Numbered from the stretch's first letter, positions 24,101 to 38,011 are shown. The stretch is DNA of 64,000 nt from Felis catus (GCF_018350175.1 NC_058368.1:231944001-232008000), one strand, 5' to 3'. Numbers and translations are program-made. Notes: generated from the sequence alone by a model not told the origin.

Positions 24101-26375
24101 ACAAAAATCAACCTCCAATTTTACTCTAATGAAAATGTTCAATTAAAATCTTTGTATGAAGGAGGGGGTCTCAGCTGTACATTGCTTCATCCTGCAAACG
24201 GAAATCAGGTTTACAGTCAGACGTCTGAAATACTTTCTTTTATTAATCCTCCTTTGGTTAGGGAAAGGTTTAGTTTTGCATTTTGAGATGTTATACAGCT
24301 TTTACCTATATTTTTAATAACTCCGTATCGGTACTTTTTGTATAATAGAACTTAATGCATTAGGCTGGATATGATTAAGACATCATCACAGTGCTTTTCC
24401 TCTTGTTTCTTGTTTGTGCCTAACTTCTGGGGTTTGCATTAAATGTTATGTGTTTTGAGTGCAAGACAGCGCTGGTCGAATCACGTACGTATTGGATGGT
24501 GTCCTCACTTGTTGAGTTTAGAGCACTCACCTAAAATATTAACTTAATTGTGAATTCCATGTGCCTGCAACAGTGGTTTCATGGTTTGTATGTTCCAGAG
24601 GATAGAGGATTGGCTAGGTTTCTCTTTTCGTGATGGAGACTAACCTGGCTTTGGACAGATCCAAAGACGGATCCAGAGACAGCTCAGGTCTCTAGCTTTC
24701 CTTTTCCTGGTGTTCTAGATTTCTTGGCTGTAAAATAAGGAAAGTGAAAGGACAGCATTTGAGAGTGGGAACAGGCAGTGAGACACTGGACTGCGTTCTT
24801 GGAGAGAAAAAGACTAAATAGGAAAACAAACGTGCTCACTGAGCTGCTCTCAGTGTTTCAGTTGGGGCTGTCATGCTGATTGGGATTTTATTTTGTGTTC
24901 TTTGTGGTGCATTGCTATGCACCTCCACAGGTGCATCACTTGCTTAGACCTGCTGAGTGGTTGTATTTTAGGAGAGAGATTAAGCCTGTCATTCTTAATA
25001 ATATCAGAAATATTAAAGCTGTGGACTCCATTCCTTATTCTTCCTGTCCTGTTGCCTTGTCAGCCTGATGGAGAAATCTCCAGGAGGTGATGTGGAGAGG
25101 CTTGTGCAGGTCTGATTTGCTTGGTCACACGCAGTGTCCCAAGTTCACTGATGGGTCAATTGTCTGCCTCCACTCTCCACATTAGAACGCGTCGGAATAT
25201 CCCATTATGGTGCAGGGGAAACCTTGCTTTCTCTCTCGTATGGGATTTTGGCCCTTTTCCTGGTTTGTGTAGGTGAGTGCCTGCCAAGTACGTTTGGTTC
25301 TGGTTTTATGACCACTATAAATATTTGTGAATCACAGATGTGTGGTCAAGTTCAGGATCCATTTTTTTCCCTTTGCTTCGTGTTTGAGGCAGGATGGGGA
25401 TGGCCTGCGTGTGCTGTTCATTCTCACACACCCAGTAGAAGGGCAGATGTGTGTGGGGTTAATTGCTTGGATTTGAAGATTTACATGTGCACGTAAGGAT
25501 ACTGCCCCCTTGATTAAACTGTGCGTAAGATCTTTTTTGGCGGAACTTTCCTAAGGGTCTAAATATGACCCCGTGTTTGGATTTTTAAATTTCATGGGAC
25601 TTGGGGGTTTTCCTGCGTTGCGGCCTCCAGATCAGCGTCCTGGAGAGGCTTCTGTAGCTTCGGGGCTGCAAACCTAATCAGTTCATGTTTTATCCACTGG
25701 AGCTTTTCATGTGGTTTTCATGTGTGTTTGTGTCTTTTTTAGCCTTCCAGGCCACAAAGGGATCAGAGTCATTTTGCTTCATTTGCTTTTGCTTAAAGCT
25801 TGGACAGTACCCATTATTGGTTAAACCGAAGCAGAAAAAGCAAAGGTTGGAAAGATGGTCAGGAGATTCTGGGAAGTAAATACCACTGTATTTTTATATG
25901 ACAGGATCTAAGAATAGTCATCCGATTTTATATTTCCAGCATTCACAAATTAGGTGGGTACAGCTAAGTTTTTATCAAGCTCAGATATTTTTTTTTTTTT
26001 TTTTGTGGGAGGTGACTGCTTTGCTCATAGCTCAGAGGCCGTGCTCCTCCTTTTGAGAAATGCTCCTCCTTCCTCCATAGAAAGCCACCTCCTGCCTGAA
26101 AGAAGGGTACCTTCTCAAGCTGGCCAAGCACCCGTCTCACCTGGTGGCCACCCTGACTTAATTCTATTTGAGGCCATGCCCCCAGCTGGGGCGCCAATAC
26201 CCCATTCCTTCTCTCCCACTCCAGGATAACACTTAAATTATTCTTCCCTTTCTTTCCGGCATCATAAGTGTTTATTTTCCCCTTTCTGCTGGGTCTTTCC
26301 AGTAAGAATGGGCACATCTACCACCTTAAAAAAAAATGACCCGTGACCTTAATTTCTCCTCAGCTACAACCCACG

Positions 26376-26612
26376 TCTCTTTTCTCTTTTCTTTTCTTTT
26401 CTTTTCTTTTCTTTTCTTTTCTTTTCTTTTCTTTTCTCTTCTTTTTTCTTTCTTTTCTTTTCTTTTCTTTTTTCTTTTCTTTTCTTTTTTCTTTTCTTCT
26501 TTTTTTTCTTTCTTTTGTTTCTTTTCTTTTTCTCTTCTCTTCTCTTCTCTTCTCTTCTCTTCTTCTCTCTTGTCTCTTTTCTCTCTCCTTTTCCTGTTCC
26601 TTTCTTTGTTTT
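26376..26612. repeat. (TTTTC)n/(CTCTT)n polypyrimidine tract
   Basis: About 237 bp almost entirely C/T on the + strand. Confidence 0.97.
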
Positions 26613-26619
26613 AACAGAA

Positions 26620-27360
26620 AAACTCCTTAAAAGCACTTGCCTGTATTTCTTGTCCTTAATTCCTGTGTTTGCAGTTCGTCTTGAACCCACGTTGACTGCT
26701 CAGTCCTCCATCACTACTGCCTCTTCAGGTCACCAGTTACAGCCATGTTGCTGACCCTAAGGTTCAAGACTTGCACAGCATCACACTTGGCAGTCAGCCA
26801 GTCAGCTGCATTCCCTCCCACCTCCTTGAAGCATTTTGCTCATCTGGTTTCCGGGTACCATGTTTCTCTGGTGCGATCCCTAAACATCTCTGGCCATTTC
26901 CTCTTTCCTCCACTCTCATCCCCTTGCCCTCCAACCACAGGAGTCCTGGGCTCAGTGCTTTGGCCTCACCTCTTTCTCACCATCCTTCCCATTTGCATAA
27001 TTTCTGCCCTCCCCCCAATGTAAGCTCCATGAGGGCAGAGATTTTTGCTTATTTAAAAACAATTTTTTTAACGTTTATTTTTTGAGAGACAGAGCATGAG
27101 CTGGGGAGGGGACAGAGAGAGAGGGGGTCAGATTCTGAAGCAGGCTTCAGGCTCCGAGCTGTCAGCACAGAGCCCGATGCAGGGCTCGGACTCACGGACC
27201 GCGAGATCGCGACCTGAGCCGAAGTTGGATGCTTAACCGACTGATCCACCCAGGCACCCCTGATTTTTGCTTATTTTGATCACTGGTCCATCTCCAGGCA
27301 TGGAGAAAAGCCCAGGAGGTAAAAACCTGTCAATAATTATTTGTTGAATGGATGGATTTG
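26620..27360 (+). mobile_element. L2 fragment including 3' end, split by a SINE
   Basis: cctccttgaagcattttgctcatctggtttcc ... ggagtcctgggctcagtgctttggcctc ... taagctccatgagggcag ... tatttgttgaatggatgg. Confidence 0.75.
27055..27260 (-). mobile_element. CAN-SINE
   Basis: Perfect TSD gatttttgcttattt at 27040-27054 and 27262-27276. Confidence 0.95.
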
Positions 27361-28529
27361 TAGAGGTGAGGATGGGTGATGGGTGGATAGATGGATAGAT
27401 CTCTTGGGATTTTCCAAACTGGGCGAGAAAAACTCTCTTTTTAATTTGGGCACAGAGGTGGAAGTCTATGAGCTTGTCTGCACAATGAAGGGATGGGATT
27501 ATTTCCCCTCTGCTTCCAAATAGAGTTTGCTATGTTTGGTATAATTTTCCCAGTATCATCAGGTGGATCAATATTTGCGAGTTCACTATTTCTCAGTTCA
27601 CCTGTTACCTCTCTGGAACCTCTGTTCCCTCTCCACGATCAGATGAATTAGGTTGTACTTCCTCTGTGCACTTTTGGGCATGTCCCCACAACGGCAGTTT
27701 AAAGTCGGATTCACTGTTATTTTTGTATATGTATAGTCTTCTCTTCAGACTGTGAAGCCCTTGGCTTGATTGTGTTTATCTTCCCGGGTAGTTAACACTG
27801 TGGCACGCCATAACCGCTCATTACGTGTGTGGTATTTAATGAAATGATTTTAGACTGAATTTTTTTGTAAAACATAACTTAACTCTAATGGTCCTTAAGA
27901 GTGCAATAAAAATGTGCTACGTTGAAGATGTTTGTTTCATGAATTTACAATAATTAAATGATTAGATTTGCTGAAGCCATTCTAGCCTGGCCCAAAATTG
28001 TCCAGCCTGAATAGTCTGGTCTACTGCCTTCGGAGTAGTCTTTGACATCTTCCAATATAAGTGAACATTATTCATACTGTATCTTAGGGAGGAAAGAGTG
28101 TGTGGTCCCTCCAAAGTCTCCTTCTCCCGAATGGCTGTCTATAACGTGTGAAGATGCCGTAAAAAGAAGGTGACTGTAGTTAAATAGCACCGAGACCAGG
28201 GCCACCCCCCCCCCCCCCCCGCCCCCACATGGTAGGATCGGATGTCAGTTCCTTCCTGGCATTTACATTTCTTACACTCAGCATTTGGACCTCCTGTCAG
28301 TATCACAGAGAATTTCATCAGGATCATCTTCAAGGAGTACATATTCTTAAATGTAAAAATAGCACAGCATGGCATGACTGTAAGGTCATGGAGCTGAGCC
28401 AGGCTTAGAACCCTGAAGTCGTGTTTCCTGTAAATTAGTTATCGAAATGTGCAGGTTCAAAAAACAGCATTGATGTGTCTTTTACGGAGTCCCTGCCATG
28501 CTGGGAGCACAAATCTGTGTTAGCTGAAC

Positions 28530-28730
28530 GTATGCATGTGTGTGTATATAAATGTATTTATAGATAGACGTAGATAAAGCCGTAGATCTAGAAAGATGTA
28601 GGTAGACAGAGGTAAGTGTATGGACATAGAGGTATAGATATAGACGGGCACAGATACAGATATAGACACAGATATATACATGTAGATATATAGGTATATA
28701 GGTTTATAGATATAGATGTAGACAGAGATC
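28530..28730. repeat. Degenerate (TAGATA)n-like low-complexity repeat
   Basis: Repeated tagata/tagaca/taggta units. Confidence 0.8.
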
Positions 28731-28971
28731 ACACTATTATTGAGACTTACAAAGGCCATTAAGTCACGGTTGCAATCCATGAAATAAATGTCTAAAACAG
28801 TGTGCTGTAGCCTAACCTTATGGCTTAGTTATGAATTTTTGGTAAAGTAATTGAGAGCTACTGAAGTATCCACCAAATAGAGGAAAACCATAGCTACTCA
28901 GCTTCTTTTGAATAAATGATCTTTCACTAATTCGGTCCTACAAGCACATGCGGATGTGGGCGCACACATGT

Positions 28972-28997
28972 ACACACACACACACACACACACACAT
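28972..28997. repeat. (AC)n microsatellite
   Basis: Pure AC run. Confidence 0.95.
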
Positions 28998-29244
28998 TTT
29001 TCACTGGACAGTGTGGACAGTCACCGACCTTTTTTTATTAGCCATCCCTGAACATGCTGCCGTTGTGTTTACAGCTGGGAACATCAGATAGGATGTATCC
29101 ACAGGCCAGGCATACAGTAGGCACCAAACAAGAAGGAACGAGTGAAGCTTGTGAATGACCACATACTTCCTTGATTAGTGCTCATTCTAAAGTATCTTCA
29201 GTGAACCGAGCATCAGTGTCTTGTATATATTCTAGCTTTGACTC

Positions 29245-29447
29245 TGTATTTGTTTATTTTGAAAGAGAGAGAGAACGAGAATGAGACAGAGAAGGACAGA
29301 GAGAGAGAGGGAGAGAGAGAATCCCAAGCAGGCTCCTGCTCTCAGCATGGAGCCTGATGTGGGACTTGAACCCATGAACCACGATATCATGACCTGAGCT
29401 GAAACCAAGAGTCGTACGCTTAGCTGACTGAGCCACCCAAGCACCTC
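29245..29447 (-). mobile_element. CAN-SINE
   Basis: Reverse-complement SINEC body. Confidence 0.93.
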
Positions 29448-29834
29448 TTGTTTTCTTATTCACAGACTGTCTCTTGGCAGAGCATTTACAAAGTGATTTT
29501 TGTTTTCTTAAATCGTACCTGGTCGGATAGATACACGTACAAGTAACATTACCCACAAGTGCATGGTTTGTGGAGACTTGATTGGTTTAGAGTAGCTGCT
29601 TCTCCTTTGCCTGAGCCCAGGCCAGTTCCCTGCATGTAGAAAGTGCACAATGTAAATATTCCTAGAACACCTCTCCCTGCCATTGGTACTCAGCCATGTT
29701 TGGGTCTGAAGGAAGGCTTGGACGAGTTCACAAGTGCAGCCATTCAACAGTCCTTCATAATGCAGCAAAGACAATACAAGTTGAACTAAGCCTCTCCAAC
29801 ACTTCATAATATGAAACATTATATGAACCACTGG

Positions 29835-30050
29835 TAATAATTCATAATACGGCTCCAGTCACTAGAGTGTCCCCTGTATCCCAGACACTGGCATAACTGC
29901 CCTACTTCCATCATTTCATCTTCTCAACAGCCATACAAGAACCGGTTCTGATGTTATCCCCAGTTGAGAGATGAGAAAACTGAGGCATAGAGAGGTTAAG
30001 AAACTTGCCTAGGTCATGCCAAGGTTACCCGGATGGCAGAGCCGGTGGAT
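29835..30050 (-). mobile_element. MIR
   Basis: Core gatgagaaaactgaggcatagagaggttaagaaacttgcctaggtca. Confidence 0.85.
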
Positions 30051-30539
30051 AACATATCACTTCTTCATTCAGTGTGAGTTTCACCCCCTTTATTTTGTGA
30101 AGGTCACCGAGGTAGCTCCCGTTGCAGAATATTGTGGAAAAGAATTGTAAAGCAGTAGAACCCGCCTATTTTCAACAGTGCAAACTAAAGCTACCGTAGG
30201 TTTCTGCAAATAGTGTCTTGGTTTTATTTCACTGAGCTAGCGGATATTTTGAGGGTTGGAACCCACTCTCACTGTGTAATTTTCTTGCGGAAAACACATG
30301 ATTGGTGGTTAATCTCAAACACAGATCCCTCATGGATAAACATCTGTATAAACAAATGTCCCTGAAGCATCTTTTCCTGAATGTGGGGGTCATCAAGGAC
30401 TCACGGACATCCCGATTAATGTCTGATTGGAAATTACATTTCTATTATTGACGTAAAACACCAACCCCTTTTCTTGAAAATGGCAAGGAAAGCGGCAAGG
30501 TGAAACAACCTATATCCGTCCCACCTCTTCATCACCAAA

Positions 30540-31700
30540 CAGACATTTACTGAGCACATACAGCGGATAAGACTGTTTCAGGCATTGGAAGTACACCGGT
30601 AAAGAAGACAGGCTCCCAGTTGTCATGGGGCATATACATTTTAGGTGGGACAGTTTGACGATAACCAAAAATTATATCACAATAAATAAGAAGGCTGGCA
30701 TGCAGTGGTAAGTGCTGTGCAGAGAACTCGGATGGGTTCATGTGATAGTGAGTAGGGGACAGCTTTGGAGTGGCCTGTGTGTAGTGAGAAGGCGAGAATG
30801 TTTTGGGTGATCGCAGCGGTGGGCAAGAGAGCGTGTGGGGCTTTATAGGGCAGGACACAAAATCGATGTTCATTATGGGCATTGAGAGGCCTTGGTAGAA
30901 ACCGTGGAGGGTCATGATTTTGTTTGCAGTTTTTAAACATGTGTTGTCAAGTGTATTTATTTATTTTTGAGAAAGAGAGAGCAGGGGAGGGGCGGGGGGG
31001 GGGAGAGACTCCCAAGCAGGCTCCATACTGCAGTGCAGAGCCCAACGAGGCGCTTGAACTCGTGAACCGTGAGATCATGACCCATGCTGAGATCAAGAGT
31101 CGGACGCTGAACTGACTGAGGCACCCAGGCACCCCTTGTTTGCGTTTTTAAATTGTCATTCAAAATTGTTATAGTTAGCATTGGAAGACCAGCTAGAAGG
31201 TCACTGTACGTGACTGAGTGAGGCGTGATGGTGGCACAGATCAGGGGGTTATTGGTGGAGACAGAGAACACTAGATGGGTTTGGCATGTTTTTTGAAGCA
31301 GAGTCAATGGTACTCTGATGGCTTGGGCATTGGGGGAGAGAGGAAGAAAAATTAAGAATGAATGTGGATTTTGGACATGAGAAATTCAGTGGATGGTGGG
31401 CCATTTACTGAGACAGAAGTCCTGGGGTGGGGGCAGGCACAGGTTTTAGAGGGAAAAACAAGAATTCTCCGAGGGCCATGTTAATTTTAGGTTGACAGGT
31501 GTCATTGGTCATCCAGTTGGAGAGAATGGGCAGATAGCTATGTGAGTCCGGACTATCTGGGAATGATTGGAACAAGAGATAATAGTTGGGAATCATCGGC
31601 ATACCCACAGTATTAAAGTCCAGGGCTCTCCCCTCGGACCCCGGAGGGTGCCGCAGACAGGACTGTGGGGAGGGTCCTGACATCTTTGGAGAGCCCTTCA
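30540..31700 (-). mobile_element. L2 fragment, split by a SINE
   Basis: catttactgagcac (3' end) through ccatttactgagacagaag ... gggaatcatcggcata. Confidence 0.75.
30938..31135 (-). mobile_element. CAN-SINE
   Basis: Degenerate TSD beginning ttgtttgc on both sides. Confidence 0.93.
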
Positions 31701-32815
31701 TAGTATTTCACTGGGTGGTGTAGTGCTTTGATACTTCGGGGGAGATCTTAAAAGTGACAAAAAGTCCCAAAGGTAGTTCTTCCCTTGAGAGAGATTTCTT
31801 TTCACATCTTAGTAGCAGAATTCTCCATGGTTGTAACATCAAATGCCATTTTGGTTCTAGAAAATATAAGGCCGGGTTTTTACAGTGAAGTCTGCCATGG
31901 GAGTTCTTGTCAGCTTTTAGTTTGCTTTTTTTCTTCCAATTAGCAGTTCAGGCTGTTTTTCGTAAATGCGGTCTCTTCCCCAGTTGAGTCTTGGGAGGCT
32001 CGGGGCCAGACAAGACACGGGTTTTAACGATCTAGCCAGTTTTCCTTGTTACCAAAATGCTACCTTCTGACATAAAAATCTGCCCTACTGTTTTCTCCTG
32101 CTCTTTTAATTATATCTTTTTTTCCTGGGGACCTTGGGTTAGTGAAAGGTCAGTATTTAAGAGGCCCTTCGAGTATTTTCGCTGCCATATTTCATGTTCT
32201 TGGCCTCAGTTCTGGCTCCGGGCAGCACACCTGTTGACTGAATCAGTCTCTGTGAACATTCACAATGTGCTGAGTAGGAGACCAGACGTGGTCTTAATAA
32301 CAACACAGGGAATAGTGATGCAGGCCAGAGAGCCACTCAGTGTTGGATTTCAGGTGAGGAGTTTAGTGAACCCCGCTCGCATCGTTCACACCTTCTGTTA
32401 GAGGATCAAAGCAGGGAAGCCCAGGGTGTCATCAGAGTTTTATCAGTGGCTTAGAACTTTGATTTTCTATCAGAGAGAAATGCATCTGGCTTATTAATGC
32501 ACAGTTGAAAGCTCACCCTTCTCGTGGTTAGTGAAAATAAGATTGACACTGGCCATTAAGATTCCCTCAGGCAGCTGTCTTCTCCCGTAAACCAGGATAC
32601 AGGGCTGGACGTTGAGAAGGAATGGGTGTCAGCATCCAGCATCTGCACTGAGAGCTCTGTGGAAAGGACACACCGAACTTGTAAGGCACGGTGACCCAGC
32701 CATGGTTAAAATAGATAAGCTCAACTGAAGAGTAAGTTATTTTTGCCAGTGGATCATTTCGCGGGTCAAATGCCAATGTATAGAAAGTAGCATATACATA
32801 ACCTAAGAGATCTCA

Positions 32816-33021
32816 TTTTTATGTTCATGTATTTTTCAGTGTTTATTTTTGAGAGAGAGAGAGCACAAGTGGGACAGGGGCAGAGAGAGAGGGGGACAGA
32901 GCCCGAAGCGGGCTCTGCGCTGACAGCAGCGAGCCCGATGAGGGGCTTGAACTCGTGAACCGTGAGATCATGACCGGAGCTGAAGTCGGACGCTCAACCG
33001 ACTGAGCCACCCAGGTATCCC
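32816..33021 (-). mobile_element. CAN-SINE
   Basis: TSD agatctca. Confidence 0.95.
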
Positions 33022-33029
33022 AAGATCTC

Positions 33030-33300
33030 ACTTTGTTGAGGTGCGATGGGCTGACAAAAAGCCAATAAAAAGACTGTATCTAATGTATATGTACCTACGT
33101 TGATGACTTTGTGAAGCCATTGTGAGCGTTAGGGACGTCAACATACCCATGACCTCCCCGAATACCCTCCTGGCCCCTTTATTATTATTGTTGAATTTTT
33201 TTTTCTGAATATTTAACCTAGGATCTACCCTCGTAGCCAATTGAAGTCTACAGTACAGCATTGCCATTTCAGCTGTAGGCACTGTGGTCTATACTAGATC
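33030..33300 (-). mobile_element. Old L1M 3' UTR fragment
   Basis: tttaacctaggatctaccctc ... aagtctacagtacagcattg ... taggcactgtggtctatactagatc. Confidence 0.6.
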
Positions 33301-34579
33301 CGAGTTTTAAAATGAGTGCTATATTTGGAGATGGAGAGTCGCCTCTCAGGAGTGCCGTTTGGAACAGGTCGGTTTGGGGTCGGAAGCAAACCCGCAGCAC
33401 CTTACGTCACGGTCAGCCTGAATTCTCATGTGTGGTTTCCCTTCTCTGCTGCACCATGGTGTCCAGATCTCAGGTGTACGTGTCGTGCTGATGCCTCTTC
33501 TCAAACGGGGGAGGCAGAGCTCACGGAGGGCAGCAGAAGATCAAGGTGGAACTTACCACAACTGATCAGGGCTTTTGATGACTGCTCACAGCTGTCTGTG
33601 AGGCCCGAGAACACCTCACCTGAGGTTATAACAAGGTTTATAGCAGACCCAGGCTTTGGGATGGGGTCAGGGAGGTGAAAGGGGGTTCCCTTGTCGGTTT
33701 TAAGACTAATTTTATTCTGCCACTTTTGGGATTAGAAACACCATAAAACATCTCCTGTATTGTCGATAGCCATCCTAGTCTGATAAAAATTCAACAGGAT
33801 ACAAAAAGCCAGCCACCCTGAAAGATGCCGGGGAGGGCCAGGTGGAATGATCGTTACCACCTAGCAGAAAAGCTCATGACATGATCACTCGCAAAATGCT
33901 GGGAGATGGCAGAACCGGGCAACAAAAACTCTTAACGAAAATGAAAGAACCCCGTTCTTTGGTGGGCACACCCCATTGTTAGCTTTCTTTTTGCTTCATG
34001 TCTAAAGTGGAGAAAAAGGTTCCATGTGCCATTTTTAAAGGAACAGAGAGTCCGTCCTCCCTCCAGATTCACCCCATCTCATAGGCACAAGCACACTTCT
34101 CCCCTCTCAGGGTGCCGGATTCTCCCCACGCTGGAGACGGGTTCTGGGCGAAACGTATCCTATGGGATCCCTGTGTGTTCTGTTCGAGGAGTCCTCCTTC
34201 GGTCAGCGCAGAGTAGGACTGGAAGCTGAAAGCTCTGTGGGCAATGCCTTGCCCACATTTTGGAATTACAGAGTGGCCCATTCGTGGCATCCACTGCGTG
34301 GCATCAGACCAGCCACGTTAGTGACTTTCTGTGCCATGGAGTTCCTGTCGGCCAGGGAAGGGTAGGGACAGCCTTTGTGCTGATGGTGAAGAAGGAAGGC
34401 ATTTCTAGACATGTCATTTTATTTATACTGGATTCTTTTCAAGTTTACATTTCACTGGATCTCTAGTATTAATTTTAGCAGCTGCAGACTGGGAATTTTC
34501 TGCTTATTTCTTCCTCTTCTTTGGCAACAGAAAAGCTAGAATGTGATTTGGTTGTCATTAAGAAAAATCTATGCCAGAA

Positions 34580-35027
34580 GATAATAGAAACAATCTAACA
34601 AGTCAAATATTACCTAGAGACAGTATTCTGCAACACATGTGATAGATATATCTCTAATCTACACAGGTTCGAACAACCTTCAAATGAATGGGCAAAGATA
34701 TGAATAGGGAATCGAGTACGAGTCAATTTAAAAAAAACTTTTTTAAGTTTATTTATTTGAGAGGGAGGGCATGAGTAGCGGAGGGGCAGAGAGAGAGGGA
34801 AAAGCAGAATCGGAAGTAGGCTCCAGACTCAGAGCTGTCAGCACAGAGCCCAGCCCGAGCCTTGAACTCACAGACCAGGTGATCATGACTTGAGCTGAAG
34901 TCAGACGCCTAACTGACTGAGCCACACAGGCGCCCAAATATGAGTGAATTCTGATGTCTAGTAAGTACATGAAATGATGATCCATCTGTGACTGTTAGGA
35001 TAGTGAAATGCCATTGTTCTGACAGGC

Positions 35028-35071
<44 letters not shown>

Positions 35072-35670
35072 TAAAAACACTACTCGTAGAGATGCTGATA
35101 AAGGGGACTCACACCCATTCCTGACAGAAATGTGAATTGCTTACATTTTTGGGGAAAGCAGTCTGACAGTTCCTACGATAAATACACAAACCCTTTGACC
35201 CCGTAGTACCACTTCTGGGAATACAGATTACAAAAGTAAAAATGCCAGCACACATAGAGAAGGGTCTGTGTATTGGGGGTTTATATAGTAGCGTTGTTTT
35301 CAGTGACCCCTGTAAAAAAAATAAAAAAACAAAACAAAACAAAACAACAACAAAAAAACCCCAAAATCAAAACCAAAACGCAAAACACACTCAAAAAACA
35401 ACTTGCATGTTGAGTACGTATCAAGAGTTAAAGGCTGTGTATCGATTAGATTATAAGAATGCCTCAGATATGCTGCATCCATTTAAAGATTCATTTAAAT
35501 CTGGTGAAGTTGAAGAGATTTTTATAATATTCAGTGAGAAAAGTAGGCCCTATTTTATAAAGCAGGAAGACCCTCTTCCAAGTCTGTATACATGTGTTTG
35601 TGATGAGATGAACAATGGAGAAAGATCTAGAAGCATGTCTATTAGATTGTTAACAATGGTTATGTAGGCA
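34580..35670 (+). mobile_element. Old L1ME-like fragment, split by a SINE and simple repeats
   Basis: aatgggcaaagatatgaatagg ... ccctttgaccccgtagtaccacttctgggaat. Confidence 0.7.
34728..34935 (-). mobile_element. CAN-SINE
   Basis: Degenerate TSD agtacgagtcaatt / aatatgagtgaatt. Confidence 0.93.
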
Positions 35671-35704
35671 GAAGAGAAGTAGCTTCTAGAAAATGGTCCT
35701 GTGA

Positions 35705-35906
35705 GGGGCGCCTGGGTGGCTAAGTTGGTTGAGCAACCGATTCTTGGTTTCGACTCTCGGTTTTGGCTCGGGGCATGATCTGGCAATTTGTGAGTTCAAG
35801 CCCCGAGTCAGGCTCGGTGCTGACACTGCAGAGCCTGTTTGGGATTCTCTCCTTCTCTCTCTGCTCCTGCTCACGCTCTCTCTTTCTCAAAATAAACAAG
35901 TTAAAA
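35705..35906 (+). mobile_element. CAN-SINE
   Basis: TSD aaaatggtcctg. Confidence 0.95.
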
Positions 35907-37358
35907 AAAATGGTCCTGATTGGCACTGAGCTTGCAAAAGTATGAAGGTGTGGGTATTTGGGGGCATGAATTCCAACCTGACTGTTCTGGACTTAGCAGA
36001 GGTCTGGTTACAAGTAAGATTCTCAGAGAGCCTTTGAATTTCTTTCAAGGGCTTAAAGTAACTCATGCAAGGGACATAGACCCCTCTACTCCCTCGACCA
36101 TTGCTTCCTGATGTGAGGAATCCTTTCTGACTGTCTTCTGATAACATTCATTCTCCTTTTAAATTTCCTCTTCTTAGGAGATAAACATTCAGTAGCAGTG
36201 GATTAGAAATCCTTAAGTCTGCCCTTTGGTAGTTGATATATTTAATATTTCCCCTTCTCTCCAGCATGGGAGTAACCCTGGACAAGTGAAAAAAAAAATG
36301 CTGCCTCTGTTCCAGTTTCCTTTTCCTTGTGTGCAAATTCCATAGTTGTCTTGTGCATTATGGGTGATGGCAAATACTATAATTAAGGTAAATTATACTG
36401 GTAAATGCCTACGTTTTGATTTAAGAGGTGTTGTATAAACAGAGGGACTGAGTATAATACGGCCTCCCAGCACCCCTGTGCTGGCGAAGGCCACCGTGGT
36501 CACCTCTAAGGAGGAAAATTGGTGGGGTGCTGAACGGAGCAGGAATAACTTGCGTGGGGTCATACCCACGAACCAGTGGCAAAGGTGAGGGTTTCCATGA
36601 GTTTCCATGAGTTCTGCCGTTCGAAGGGCTCCTGTGCTTTGCCTGTGGTTCCCAAGGGAACACGTGCGTGTGCACCAGCACATAGCACCGAGGAGAAAGG
36701 GGATGGTGTTGCCCGGAGCGAACGCCCTTCTTTATTAGAACTCATCTGGAATCAGGGTGGTGTCCGGGGAGCACATCCTGGGCCAGTGGTTTGGCTGCGG
36801 GTGTATGAATAGGGCTTTGGGGAGGCACATCAGAAAGCGCCTATTCTAGTCTTGGCTTTTCTCCCTGTGACGCTACAGACTCACAAAAGTTGTTCCTAAT
36901 TTTGTCTTCTGAAAGCTTGATTTGATTTGGCCAGTTCTGTATAGGTCTCGTTGAGCTTTTCCATATCTTGTCGTACACGGATTCTTGAGGACATGGAAGG
37001 CTCCCGAGGTGAACAAACAGAAGTCATTTGGGTGTAAATCTCCCGTGCGTGTCGCGTGCATGTGGGCCCCGGGAACAGGGGTCCTTGCTGTCAGGGCACC
37101 GGCAGGCTGGCGTGTGGTCTGCTGTGACCCCGTGGGTCGGCACAGTGACGGACGAGGTTGCCCAGTTGTGCTTAGGGATCGGGGCAGCTGGAGAGTCATC
37201 ATCTGAAGACTGGCCTTGGCCTTGTCTTGGCCCCTTTGATCCTCAGCTCAGAGGTGTATTTTTTCCTTTCTTAGCACAACTGTGCAGAGGACTTTGCACT
37301 GTCCTTTCTCTGCCTCTGTCCTTACTTACCAGGTGAGACAGAGTCTGGCTAGATGTTC

Positions 37359-37572
37359 CTTTTTATTTTTTAAGTTTGTTTATTTTGAGAGAGAGAGAGA
37401 GAGAGAGAGCACGAGAGGGGGAGGGGCAAAGGGAGAGGGGGAGAGAGGGAATCTCAAGCAGGCTCCACACTGTCAGTGCAGAGCCCGACATGGGTCTCGA
37501 ACTCATGAGTCTTGAGATCGGGACCTGAGCCGAAATCAAGAGTCAGATGCTTAACTGACTGAGCCGTCCAGG
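37359..37572 (-). mobile_element. CAN-SINE, slightly 5'-truncated
   Basis: Reverse SINEC body ending gagccgtccagg. Confidence 0.92.
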
Positions 37573-38011
37573 CTAAATATTCTCTTTGTCCTTACTTTAT
37601 CCCGAATGGTTAAGATGCTTGTTACCTCTCTGAGTCCCTCTTAGCACCAATGGTAGTCTCTGGGACTTTCTACCCCATTACATGTTCTCATCGACATCGG
37701 GAGTTGTGTTTACTGCTAGTTTAGTATTCTTTGGTGTATGAAGACATAGATATAAGGGTTCCCATTCCTAGGGAAATTACAGCTTAGTGTGCCTTAGTGT
37801 ATGTCATCTAGAGGGGCAGTTGTTGTGTGATAAGGAGAAAGAACACCCCTGTTGGGTGGCAGGAATTATTAGCAAATGGCAAGCAAATTGATTGCAGTCA
37901 TAGGAAGCGTTCTGGTAATTACCCACTGGAACCAAATAACATTGTTACAGAGGCAAGGAACATGGACGATGGAAAGTGTGCCCTTATTTTCTCTATCTTG
38001 CATATGGGAGG

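Noticed and set aside
26336..26754. F/S/L-rich and K/R/E-rich ORFs
   Set aside because: Translations of the (TTTTC)n tract.
29940..29947. Second AACCGGTT GRHL motif
   Set aside because: Isolated 8-mer inside a MIR with no supporting context.
36591..36613. 10-bp tandem duplication GTTTCCATGA
   Set aside because: Ordinary slippage duplication with no further structure.
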